A stretch of 64,000 bases of DNA from Patescibacteria group bacterium (GTDB lineage Bacteria; Patescibacteriota; Gracilibacteria; UBA4473), in NCBI GenBank assembly GCA_965660445.1, contig CBFIAK010000001.1, positions 704,001-768,000 of the forward strand. Reading direction: 5' to 3'. The position numbers and the translations under genes were made by a program. Positions 51,160-61,121 of the stretch are shown in pieces (within the stretch, counting starts at the first letter, position 1; the number at the start of each line of letters is the position of its first letter). The notes under the pieces are model-generated. The model saw only the letters and a list, made by a program, of their open reading frames with translations, had not been told where the DNA came from and did not search any database.

Positions 51160-52385
51160 TAACTTTCTTGTTGTATCAAAAGATCGTTAATTTGTAAAAT
51201 AGGAACATAGATAGCCATAATCATAAACACAACCCCAATCGCAATAACAATCAAAATAATAGGTTCCATTATTGTTGAAAACCGTTTCATTGTTCGCTCT
51301 ACAACATCTTCATAATACAAGGCAATCTTAATCATAATCTCACTCGTGGAAGCACTTTTTTCACCAATAGCAACCATTTTTACAAACATATTCGGAAACA
51401 TATATTCCGCATCTGATATATTCTCAGCAATAGATATACCTCGACTCAAATCGTCTGCAGAGAGTAATATTTTTTCTTCATATAATGGATTATTTGTTGC
51501 TTTTGCAGTGAGTTTCAAAACCTCAATAATAGGCACTCCTGCTGTAATTAAGAATCCAAACATACGAGAAAACCGAGAAAGAATCATGCCTCTATAAATA
51601 TCCTTAATAACTGGAATATGAAGCACAAAACGAGTCCACATTTTTCCACCAGTTCTGGTTTGTTTCCAATACAAAAATCCTCCAATAAGAGTCATTACAA
51701 AAAATGAAATAAGAACCCATTGCTTTTGAAGCAACTCACTACTGGCAATCAGTATTTGTGTTGGAATAGGTAAGGATGATACATCTTTAAAAATTTCCAT
51801 CAGTTGTGGTACAACTTGAATCAAAACAACAACTGCCGCCAAAACCATAACAATTACAACCATAACGGGATACACAAGCATTCCACTTACTTTTTTACGA
51901 ATAAGACTCATACGTTCATACTGCTCAACAAGCTGATTCAGTACTTCATCAAGTTTTCCTGATTTCTCCCCTGCTTCAATAATGGTATAAATTGTTTTAT
52001 CAAATATATCAGAATGATACTGTAAAGATTCGGCAAAACTATATCCTTCTTCAATAAGACTTCTCAAATGAAAAATAACACTTCTTAGTCGTTTATGTTG
52101 TGTTTGTTCTCCAATAAGACTCAGTGATTCTTGAAGCGTAATTCCTGCATTATGCGTTGCAGATAAAAGCTGAAAGAAGATCAATTTATCCTGCAAAGAA
52201 ACCTTCATTTGGCTTGTAAACCATTCGTTTATTGATTGAACAATATCAAGCCCAGAACGGTAAGAATCTTTATGAGCAATAGTGGCTTTCTTTTTCTTAA
52301 TCGTTAAAAAAATATCATTGTTTTCCATTTCTTTTTTCAATGTTTCTTGGTTGGTATGGAAATACTGATTATTATCTTGATTCAT
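51159..52385 (-). CDS. pilC: Type IV pilus platform protein PilC (T2SS F family)
   Basis: AGEKSGKL, YP, LPIPT, MVAIGE, EP. Confidence 0.9.
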   Translation of the reverse strand: MNQDNNQYFHTNQETLKKEMENNDIFLTIKKKKATIAHKDSYRSGLDIVQSINEWFTSQMKVSLQDKLIFFQLLSATHNAGITLQESLSLIGEQTQHKRLRSVIFHLRSLIEEGYSFAESLQYHSDIFDKTIYTIIEAGEKSGKLDEVLNQLVEQYERMSLIRKKVSGMLVYPVMVVIVMVLAAVVVLIQVVPQLMEIFKDVSSLPIPTQILIASSELLQKQWVLISFFVMTLIGGFLYWKQTRTGGKMWTRFVLHIPVIKDIYRGMILSRFSRMFGFLITAGVPIIEVLKLTAKATNNPLYEEKILLSADDLSRGISIAENISDAEYMFPNMFVKMVAIGEKSASTSEIMIKIALYYEDVVERTMKRFSTIMEPIILIVIAIGVVFMIMAIYVPILQINDLLIQQES

Positions 52386-52388
52386 AAT

Positions 52389-53633
52389 TTAGTTTTTTAC
52401 GTGTTTATAGACTTCTTCAAACGAAGTTTCTCCTTTTAAAGCCTTAATAAGACCATCTTGTTCGAGTGTAATCATACCACACTCTTTTTGAGCAATTTCT
52501 TCGAGTTGTTTTGGAGCAAGCCCTTTCATAATAGCCTCTTTCATACGTTCTGTCATTTCTAATACCTCAAATATAGCCAGTCGCCCAACATACCCTTGTT
52601 CTTTACAATGCGGACACCCTCCTTCTTTTGGAACATGCATAATTGGGTCATTCAGTAAATTTAAATCAAACTCTTCATAATCGGGAGTATGTTCAAACGC
52701 TTCTTGAATATTTTTTAATGCTCCACGACTCGGAGGAATAGCTTGTTTACAATGATCACACAATTTTTTAATCAATCGTTGTGCAATAATAAGATTAATA
52801 GAAGCCGTCAGTAAAAAATCTGGCACATGCATATTCAGCATTCTTGTCAGTGTATCGACTGCGGAATTGGTATGAATAGTCGAAAGCACTAGATGCCCGG
52901 TTAAACTCGCTTCAATAGCAATATCAATGGTTTCTTTGTCTCGGATCTCCCCTACCATAATAATATCAGGATCTTGTCGTAATGCCGTTCGAAGTCCACT
53001 TGCAAAAGAATAGCCAATACTTGGACGCATTTGACTTTGATTAAGCCCCTCCATCTGATTTTCCACCGGATCTTCAAACGTAATAATATTTTTTGTAGAA
53101 GAATTAAGATACGACAATGCTGAATACAGAGTGGTTGTTTTTCCTGATCCTGTTGGACCAGTTGTTAAAATAATACCATTTGGTTGGGCTAACGCCGACA
53201 TAATTTTTTTATAATTACTCCCAACGGCTCCCAAAGACTCAATATTGGGAACTTTTTTTGACTTATCAAGCACACGCATAACCACCTTTTCTCCATTAGG
53301 AGTAGGTAATGTCGAGACTCGCAAATCTACTTCTGTTTTCCCAATAAATGTATTGATACGACCATCTTGAGGAATTCGGGATTCATCAATTTTAAGGTTT
53401 GCCATAATCTTTATTTTCGAGATAACACTCGGGTGTAAACTTAAAGGATACTCAACAATAATTTGGAGATCTCCATCCACACGCAAACGAACCTGTACTA
53501 AATTTTTCCGAGGTTCAATATGAATATCAGAAGCTTTTATATTTAAAGCAACGCCAATCATTGCTTCAATAATATGTGGAATATTAGAAGCAATAATAGC
53601 ACTTTTTAATTCTTTATCAGCTTCTTGTATCAT
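52389..53633 (-). CDS. pilB: Type IV pilus assembly ATPase PilB/GspE (short N-terminus)
   Basis: ASDIHIEP, PQDGR, GPTGSGKTTT, LRQDPDIIMVGEIRD, TGHLVLSTIHTN, CxxC pairs. Confidence 0.93.
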   Translation of the reverse strand: MIQEADKELKSAIIASNIPHIIEAMIGVALNIKASDIHIEPRKNLVQVRLRVDGDLQIIVEYPLSLHPSVISKIKIMANLKIDESRIPQDGRINTFIGKTEVDLRVSTLPTPNGEKVVMRVLDKSKKVPNIESLGAVGSNYKKIMSALAQPNGIILTTGPTGSGKTTTLYSALSYLNSSTKNIITFEDPVENQMEGLNQSQMRPSIGYSFASGLRTALRQDPDIIMVGEIRDKETIDIAIEASLTGHLVLSTIHTNSAVDTLTRMLNMHVPDFLLTASINLIIAQRLIKKLCDHCKQAIPPSRGALKNIQEAFEHTPDYEEFDLNLLNDPIMHVPKEGGCPHCKEQGYVGRLAIFEVLEMTERMKEAIMKGLAPKQLEEIAQKECGMITLEQDGLIKALKGETSFEEVYKHVKN

Positions 53634-54391
53634 TATTCAGTCGGATGAGAAAAGAGTACTGTTTTAAGGGTAACACTTAATACATCAGATCGTTCATCAA
53701 GAGTTGATTGCGCCACACCACGACGGTCTCGAGAAGAACCTGTTTCGTTTTGACGTCGCGGTTGATACGCAATAGAAGTAATGTGAAGAACTGGTAATTT
53801 GTAAGTTGTTAAAAACTGATAACTATTCGCATCTATTTGAGATGGAACCATCTCTATTCCAGAGAGAAACCGTGGAGTTGGATTCCCAGACTGAAGAAAA
53901 AGAATAAAGTCTTCAAAACTCTCTTGATCTGCTTCGAATGAAATTGTTGTTTCTGTTTCATCATAGAGACTCTCATCTGTTTTTTGTGTCCGGCCAAAAT
54001 CAATATTTTTTAGTTCAAAATAAGGCGTATAGTCAGAACGAACAAGGTTTTTTAGTTGCAAAGTATAAACCTCTAAAATCTGAGCTATTTTTGAGTAATC
54101 AATAGAAGTTGGAAATGTTTGGAGTTCCTCCAACTGTTTTTCCTGCTGAAACTGTTGTAACTCTTTTTCTTTTTGATCAAGAAGATCTCGAGTTTCTGAC
54201 TCAAGCATTTGTAGATCCTCAATAAGAACAAGTGATCTATTATACTCTTTTCGTTTTGTATTCCATTCTTGTGTTTCAGGAAAAACAAAAAGCAATAAGA
54301 ACGCAAGAAGAAGAACAAACAAAATTCCCCATTTCAGAAGAGAATCTCTATGTGAGTGATGTATTTCTTTTTTTGGTGTTTGTGTATTCAT
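53633..54391 (-). CDS. PilO-like bitopic membrane protein
   Basis: N-terminal TM, coiled coil; operon position upstream of pilB. Confidence 0.5.
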   Translation of the reverse strand: MNTQTPKKEIHHSHRDSLLKWGILFVLLLAFLLLFVFPETQEWNTKRKEYNRSLVLIEDLQMLESETRDLLDQKEKELQQFQQEKQLEELQTFPTSIDYSKIAQILEVYTLQLKNLVRSDYTPYFELKNIDFGRTQKTDESLYDETETTISFEADQESFEDFILFLQSGNPTPRFLSGIEMVPSQIDANSYQFLTTYKLPVLHITSIAYQPRRQNETGSSRDRRGVAQSTLDERSDVLSVTLKTVLFSHPTE

Positions 54392-54396
54392 AATTA

Positions 54397-55506
54397 TTAT
54401 TGAAATAAAAGGAGATCTTCATTGGTTGTATCAGACTGAAACCAGTCTTGAAAATCAAGAAATAAGTTTTGTTGTTGAGTATCGTTCGTTTCTTCAGTAT
54501 CCGATTGCAATCCATGATACGCATCTCGCACAATACGAAACCGAATTGTTGAACGCATCATATAATTCTCTATTTCATCTTTTTCTTTTTCAAAAACCGT
54601 TAATTCACCATCTTCTAAAAATGGAAACGCATTCAATAAATCAATAAATTTTGTATATAAGTAAAAAGTCGTTCCAAAAAGTGTATTTCCTGCTTCGACT
54701 TCAAACGTTAAAAAGTTACGATTGATAGTTACGTTCTGAATATCAATCACATTATCAGAAGACAAAATAATATCTTCAAATGAAGGTGATGATAAATAAT
54801 TCTTTACATGAAATGGTGTTTCTAATATACCATATTGACTCTCTGTTGCCCCAATATCAGTCAAGAGCAGTCTTAATGGATCTGTATCTGTCACTGGAGC
54901 ATCTCTATACGATTCTATTTCCATTTGCTCTTGTTGTGTCGTTATTAATCCATATCGTTTGAGCACATCAGCAACTGGTTCAGAAGAAGACCGTAAATCT
55001 TGAATAAGCGTTGTCACAACATCTGGCGTATTAAAAAACACTAATTGTTCTGATTTTAAATCTCGAATAAGATTCGTAAACGATGAATACTCTTTATTTT
55101 CAATTTGATCATTAATCTCTGTTATCCGATATTCGTAATCTGCAATTTGTTCTTCTAAATCCTCTTGTCGATTTCGGGCATCATCAAACCGAGTAAAAGT
55201 ATTGTCTTGTATCCCATACTGAGACAAATACTCATTTTTTTCATTCATATCCACAAATAACCACAATGCCCATAATACAGACACAAAGAGTAAAATAGAC
55301 GTCACAGAGCGCAACCAAAAAAGCCACATTTTAAATTGATCGTCATCCTCATCTTCATGAACTTGAAATCGTTTTTTCACAGCAGAAACAGAAGCATTCG
55401 AAGAATTTGGTGGCAGGGAAGATTCTTTTTTTTCGGCGTTTCCTTCGAGTTCAAAGGAATCTTTATCCTCTTCTGAAATTGGATTTTGTGGAATATCTGA
55501 AGTCAT
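54397..55506 (-). CDS. PilN-like bitopic membrane protein
   Basis: TM, coiled coil, C-terminal FIDLLNAFPFL; operon position. Confidence 0.45.
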   Translation of the reverse strand: MTSDIPQNPISEEDKDSFELEGNAEKKESSLPPNSSNASVSAVKKRFQVHEDEDDDQFKMWLFWLRSVTSILLFVSVLWALWLFVDMNEKNEYLSQYGIQDNTFTRFDDARNRQEDLEEQIADYEYRITEINDQIENKEYSSFTNLIRDLKSEQLVFFNTPDVVTTLIQDLRSSSEPVADVLKRYGLITTQQEQMEIESYRDAPVTDTDPLRLLLTDIGATESQYGILETPFHVKNYLSSPSFEDIILSSDNVIDIQNVTINRNFLTFEVEAGNTLFGTTFYLYTKFIDLLNAFPFLEDGELTVFEKEKDEIENYMMRSTIRFRIVRDAYHGLQSDTEETNDTQQQNLFLDFQDWFQSDTTNEDLLLFQ

Positions 55507-55538
55507 AGTGTGTATGTGTGTGTAGAAAAAACAAGTAT

Positions 55539-55853
55539 TTACTTTTTAGCGTCATGAAACTTTTGAATTTGCGCTTTCAACTTATCTTTCAAAAGGTCTG
55601 CCCCTTTTTTAATATTATCAGCAGACACTTCTGCATGAAACTTTCCATGATGTGGTGCTACTATATGCGCTGACGCAATAAATCTATTACCAGAATGTTC
55701 TTTTGTTTTTTCAAGATGAACACTGACTTCAATAGAGTCTTCATCTCCTTTTTCCCACCCAAATATTTTTTCTAAATCTTGAATACGTTTTTCATAATAA
55801 GCCTTGTCTTCATCAAAGAAAGTAACATCTTTAAACTGAAAATTGATAATCAT
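55539..55853 (-). CDS. Ribosome hibernation factor HPF/RaiA (short form)
   Basis: Y.EKRI..LEK, F.A...I......FHAE......ADL..DKL..QI.KF. Confidence 0.8.
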   Translation of the reverse strand: MIINFQFKDVTFFDEDKAYYEKRIQDLEKIFGWEKGDEDSIEVSVHLEKTKEHSGNRFIASAHIVAPHHGKFHAEVSADNIKKGADLLKDKLKAQIQKFHDAKK

Positions 55854-56224
55854 ACGATAAATACATTTAAAAAATACCACTCGTATTATCCCGAAGATTA
55901 CAAGAAAGTGCAAATTTTTGTTTCTGTTTTTCTTCGATTCATAAATTCAATCATCCGTAAATATTGTTTATCACACACAAGAAGGTTCGCTCAAGAAAAA
56001 TATATCCGAGAGTGATAACTCAAAATCTAATTCTACGTACAGGAATAAAAGCACATGCGTGCTTTCAAAATCAAAGATTTTCATTGTCCGTAGCGTCGTC
56101 ACTCGGAAAAAATAAGCGAGCTTTCTTTTTCCTTCGTTCCTCGTTTCGAACCCTTTCTCGGGTTAGAATCCCTCACTTTCAGTCTTTTGAAAAACATCGT
56201 TCCCCAGAAGGAGACCGATTTTTC

Positions 56225-56314
<90 letters not shown>

Positions 56315-56366
56315 GCTCAAGATTGTACGAAAAAAAAATAAAATACCAAATTTTTTTTGAGTTTTT

Positions 56367-59300
56367 TTATCCTTTTAAAATTCTTTCCAATGATCGCTCT
56401 ATATCACTATTTGATTCAACTAAAAATGGTAATCGAATCACCTGCCCTTGAAAATGAATAAGAACAGGAAGTCCTCCATCTAAAACAGCATGACTTTGCA
56501 AATACCGTTTCAATTCCCCAATAGTTGTTTTCAACGTATCAGCAGGAATATGTATTGTGTATTGTCGTTTTTCTTTGAGTTCATTCTCATTATCCTGCCA
56601 CTCCCCTACCGCATGAATATCTCCTATTTTTATTTCATCAGCAATAATATTGAGCATCGAATCGCGCTCATTCACTTTTCCACGCACACGCACAAACGCA
56701 TCAACTTCAAACACTTTTTGACTCACGCCCTCATACACTTTTGGAAATACAGCAATTTCTATTTTTCCTGATGTGTCTTCAAGCGTTACAATACCCATGT
56801 TCGCCCCTTTTCGGGTCGTTATCTTTCGAGCAGCAACTACTAACCCATGAAGGGTTACTTGATTTCCCTCATCTTCTTCAGAAGTAAGACTCCCAATAAG
56901 TCGACCATATTTTTGAAAATAATCATTTAATCCCTTTAAGGGATGATCTGAAACAAAAAGCCCTAGACTTTCTCGCTCCCAACGCAAAATATCTTCTTTC
57001 GTTGCAACCGTATCTTTTAATACAAAATCAATAGATTCTTCCCCTATACCCCCAAACAACCCCATTTGTCCAGCACCTGATTTATCTTGATGCTCTTTTG
57101 CAAAACGAGCTAAGTCTTCTAAAGAATCGACAATAGCTTTTCGGTCAGCAAACATATCAAATGCTCCTGAAAATGCCAAAGCTTCAAGCGTCTTTTTGTT
57201 TATAAGTTTTTGAGGTACTCGCTTGGCAAAATCCTGTAAAGAAGTAAATTTTCCATTTCGGTTTCGCTCAAAAATAATTTGGTTCGCGGTTTCTTCTCCC
57301 ATTCCTTTAATAGCGGTTAATCCAAACCGTATTTGGTAAGGATAAGACGATTTCTTTTCCTCTTCCACAACGAGCAACGATGAATCTTGATTTCCTAAAT
57401 CTCGTTTTACAACCGTAAAATGAGATCCCGACTCATTCACAGAAGGAGGTAAAACATCAATCCCCATCGAATGACACTCGTTCATCTCAAGTACAATACG
57501 ATCAGTATTACTCCGATCAGTGGTCATCATTGCGGCCATAAAACAAACCGGATAATTCGCTCTTAAATACGCTGTTTCATAAGCAATTCTTGCATAACAA
57601 ACCGCATGAGATCGGTTAAATCCATATCCCGAAAACGGCACGACAATATCATCAAATAATTTCACCGCTTTCTCTTTTTCGTGTCCTTGCTCAACAGCAC
57701 CATCAATAAATCGCATTCGCTGTTCTGCTAATAAATCCATTTTCTTTTTTCCAATCGCTTTTCTTAAAATATCAGCTTGTCCCAAAGAAAACCCTGCAAA
57801 CTCCTGTGCAATTTTCATAATCTGTTCTTGATATACCGCAATTCCATATGTTTTCTTTAAAATAGGTTCAAGTGTCGGATCAAAATATTTTACACTCTTG
57901 GGATCATGTTTTCCTTTAATATACATTGGAATATATTCCATAGGCCCCGGACGATACAATGCATTCATGGCAACCAAGTCTTCTAATTCCGTAGGTACAA
58001 GTTCTTTTAAATACCGACGCATCCCCGCAGACTCAAACTGAAACACTCCAGTTGTATGCCCTTGTGAAAGCATTTCAAACGTTTTTGTGTCATCTAAAGG
58101 AATAGCGTTTAAATCAAGATCTATTCCATGAATATTTTTTATATGCTGTAACGTTTTTTCAATAACAGATAAGTTCTTAAGTCCTAAGAAATCCATTTTT
58201 AATAACCCCAAATGCTCTAATTGCTGATACGGAAACTGTGTGATTTTTAATTGATCAGAAGTTGGTGCATGTTGAATGGGTACATACTGCGTTAAGTCCT
58301 CTTTTCCAATAATAACAGCACACGCATGTACTGATACATGACGAATACACCCCTCAAGTGTAGAAGCAATATCATACACCTTTTGAATATTTGCATTCGT
58401 CTCAAGGAGTTTTTTAAACTCTGATATCTCTAACGCATCTTTTAAAGAAAATCCGGGTTTATTGGGAAGCAGTTTTGTACACGCATTCATATCTGCAAAT
58501 GGAACCCCTTGCGCACGCCCTACATCTTTTAAAGCTGCTTTTGCACTGAGCGTTCCAAAGGTACAAACCTTTGATACTTTTTCTGCACCATATTTTTCAA
58601 TAACATAATGAAGCACTTCATCACGTCGTTCATCAGAAAAATCAATATCAATATCGGGCATTGATATTCGTTCAGGATTTAAAAACCGCTCAAAAAGCAA
58701 CTCATACCCAATCGGATCAATATTCGTAATTTCTAATAAATACGCCACAATAGATCCAGCAGCCGATCCCCTCCCCGGCCCAACAGCAATACCATTGCGT
58801 TTTGCAAAATGAATAAAATCAGCCACAATCAGAAAATAAGCATCAAACCCCATTTTCCCAATAACAGAAAGTTCATAATGAAGTCGTTTTTCAACTATTT
58901 CATTTGAGGTTCCATATCGCTTCTTAATAGCTTCTTCACATAGTTTTCGCAATTGAGAACTTTCTGTTTCCCCTTTCGAAACAGAAAAACTGGGTAATAA
59001 ATCACGATCAAACTCTAACTGCAATGTTATCGATTGAGTAATATCTAAAGCATTTACACGAGCTTGTTCAAGTGTATCCGCATCAATATATTCGCTACAC
59101 ACAGCACACATTTCCTCAAAAGAAAGAAAATAATTCTTCTCTGCAAACCGAAACCGATTTGGATCATTCACTTTTAAGTTCTGACCGATACAATACAAAG
59201 TATCAGTTGCTTCTTCTTCCGAAGGCTCTATAAACCGAGCATCTGAAGTTATAACGAGTTTTACTGAATGCTTTTGAGATAGTTGTATAATAAATTTATT

Positions 59301-59867
59301 CAACTTTTTTTGTACATCAAAAGAACGAGCAACAATTTCACCATACAATCGGTCTTGAAAAATATCTTTTAGTTGTACGAAAAATGATTCTGCTCGTTCT
59401 TCACCAAATCGTTCTAGTAGTTTCCCTACATTTCCAACAGTAGACCCCGTAAGCACTATAAGGCCTTCATTGTATTGACTTAACACTTCAAAATCGATAC
59501 GAGGTTTTCGAAAAAACCCTTCTAAATGAGCAATCGAAATAAGTTTGAGCAGGTTTTCGTACCCTGTTTTGTTTTGAGCCAAAAGCACAATATTCCCTTC
59601 ATGCCCATCAATATTAGGACGTTGTTCAAACCGAGAATCCATACTTATATACAGTTCTACTCCTAAAAGAGGCTGAATATCACCAATGCGTTCTGATTGT
59701 TCATAAAAATCTATAAGCCCATATCCAGCCCCATTATCCGTCAAAGCAACGGCTGGACACCCGAACGATTTTGCTTTTTGCAAAATGCGCTCAGGACTCG
59801 CTGAAGATTCCAAAATTGAATAATACGAGTGCGTATGAAGATTTACAAAATCTTTACCAACTGTCAT
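56367..59867 (-). CDS. dnaE: DNA polymerase III subunit alpha
   Basis: PHP domain, GPGRGSAAGS, MPDIDIDF, KMDFLGL, GVFQFES, YGFNRSH, OB fold. Confidence 0.97.
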   Translation of the reverse strand: MTVGKDFVNLHTHSYYSILESSASPERILQKAKSFGCPAVALTDNGAGYGLIDFYEQSERIGDIQPLLGVELYISMDSRFEQRPNIDGHEGNIVLLAQNKTGYENLLKLISIAHLEGFFRKPRIDFEVLSQYNEGLIVLTGSTVGNVGKLLERFGEERAESFFVQLKDIFQDRLYGEIVARSFDVQKKLNKFIIQLSQKHSVKLVITSDARFIEPSEEEATDTLYCIGQNLKVNDPNRFRFAEKNYFLSFEEMCAVCSEYIDADTLEQARVNALDITQSITLQLEFDRDLLPSFSVSKGETESSQLRKLCEEAIKKRYGTSNEIVEKRLHYELSVIGKMGFDAYFLIVADFIHFAKRNGIAVGPGRGSAAGSIVAYLLEITNIDPIGYELLFERFLNPERISMPDIDIDFSDERRDEVLHYVIEKYGAEKVSKVCTFGTLSAKAALKDVGRAQGVPFADMNACTKLLPNKPGFSLKDALEISEFKKLLETNANIQKVYDIASTLEGCIRHVSVHACAVIIGKEDLTQYVPIQHAPTSDQLKITQFPYQQLEHLGLLKMDFLGLKNLSVIEKTLQHIKNIHGIDLDLNAIPLDDTKTFEMLSQGHTTGVFQFESAGMRRYLKELVPTELEDLVAMNALYRPGPMEYIPMYIKGKHDPKSVKYFDPTLEPILKKTYGIAVYQEQIMKIAQEFAGFSLGQADILRKAIGKKKMDLLAEQRMRFIDGAVEQGHEKEKAVKLFDDIVVPFSGYGFNRSHAVCYARIAYETAYLRANYPVCFMAAMMTTDRSNTDRIVLEMNECHSMGIDVLPPSVNESGSHFTVVKRDLGNQDSSLLVVEEEKKSSYPYQIRFGLTAIKGMGEETANQIIFERNRNGKFTSLQDFAKRVPQKLINKKTLEALAFSGAFDMFADRKAIVDSLEDLARFAKEHQDKSGAGQMGLFGGIGEESIDFVLKDTVATKEDILRWERESLGLFVSDHPLKGLNDYFQKYGRLIGSLTSEEDEGNQVTLHGLVVAARKITTRKGANMGIVTLEDTSGKIEIAVFPKVYEGVSQKVFEVDAFVRVRGKVNERDSMLNIIADEIKIGDIHAVGEWQDNENELKEKRQYTIHIPADTLKTTIGELKRYLQSHAVLDGGLPVLIHFQGQVIRLPFLVESNSDIERSLERILKG

Positions 59868-59930
59868 GGTCTTTAGTATTCCTATTTTTTTGTTTTTTTC
59901 AATTTTTCTCTCTTGATTCTTTCTTCGTTT

Positions 59931-60995
59931 TTACATTCCATTCGCTTTGAGAATAGAACGCAATTGATCGATATCATCAGAATACGCTTCTGCGACTTCT
60001 TTTGTGATTTGTTTATTGATATATAACCCCGCTAGAGATTGTTCAAACTGCACCATTTCACCAGACGAATCTGTCTGCAGTACGTTTGGAATTTGAAATA
60101 TTTTATTTTGACGAATATAGTTTTGTACCGCGTAATTACTTGATAAAATCTCATATACAAGCGTCAGTCCACCATCAGCTTTTGGAATTAATCTTTGTGA
60201 AATAATAACTTTTAAGGTAGAAGCGAGTTGAGACCGCACTTGATCTTGTTGAGACTCAGAAAACACGTCAATAATACGGGTAATTGTTTCTGGTCCATTA
60301 TTCGTATGAAGCGTTGAAAACACCACATGCCCAGTTTCAGCCATAGTAAGAGCGGATGTAATGGTCTCTAAGTTCCGCATTTCCCCCACCATAAGCACAT
60401 CTGGATCCTCCCGCAAAGACGACTCAATTCCAAACTTAAAATTTAATACATCACGCCCAACTTCTCGTTGTTGAACAATCCCCTTTCCATTATCTAAAAT
60501 ATATTCAATTGGATCTTCTATGGTAATTAAATGTTCCATCTTATTACGCATACGTTCTTGAAGCACAGCTGCTAATGTTGTTGTTTTCCCTTGTCCAGTA
60601 GGTCCAACAACCAAAACAAGTCCTTGACGCATATGGAGTAATTTTTCGAGCAAGAAATCAGGAAACCCAATAGTATCAAGTGGACGAATTGTTCGTGGAA
60701 TCAACCGAAACGAAAAAGATATTCCATTTTGTTGATGAAATGCGTTTCCTCTTAAACGAAGTCCTGTTTTCGTAATCGTTAAAAAATCTGTTTGTTTTTT
60801 CTCTTTCAGTGTTGCCATATTTTCTGAAGACAACAATTGTTTTAATAAGGCATCAATATCTAATTTCGTAATATTTGTTTCTTTAATAGGCAGCATATTT
60901 TGTGCAATTCGCAAAAATATAGGCATACCAACAACAATGTGAATATCTGAGGCTTTTTGTTTTTCAGCGAAAGCAATTATTTTTTCAAAATCCAT
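59931..60995 (-). CDS. pilT: Type IV pilus retraction ATPase PilT
   Basis: ASDIH, GPTGQGKTTT, LREDPDVLMVGEMR, AETGH, AVQNYIRQ (AIRNLIRE-like). Confidence 0.92.
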   Translation of the reverse strand: MDFEKIIAFAEKQKASDIHIVVGMPIFLRIAQNMLPIKETNITKLDIDALLKQLLSSENMATLKEKKQTDFLTITKTGLRLRGNAFHQQNGISFSFRLIPRTIRPLDTIGFPDFLLEKLLHMRQGLVLVVGPTGQGKTTTLAAVLQERMRNKMEHLITIEDPIEYILDNGKGIVQQREVGRDVLNFKFGIESSLREDPDVLMVGEMRNLETITSALTMAETGHVVFSTLHTNNGPETITRIIDVFSESQQDQVRSQLASTLKVIISQRLIPKADGGLTLVYEILSSNYAVQNYIRQNKIFQIPNVLQTDSSGEMVQFEQSLAGLYINKQITKEVAEAYSDDIDQLRSILKANGM

Positions 60996-61121
60996 ATAAA
61001 AAAAAGAAAGAAAGAACGACTCTGAGTATAACACACAACAAACAAAAAAAGAAAAAAACTTTTTTATTTCTCTCGTTTCTGTAGAATCACGCCGTATTAT
61101 ATTTTGTTATATTATTCAACA

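Noticed and set aside
55914-56100. tmRNA, RNase P, SRP or 6S RNA in intergenic gaps
   Set aside because: No diagnostic conserved motifs recognised; an Infernal/Rfam scan would be needed to exclude them.
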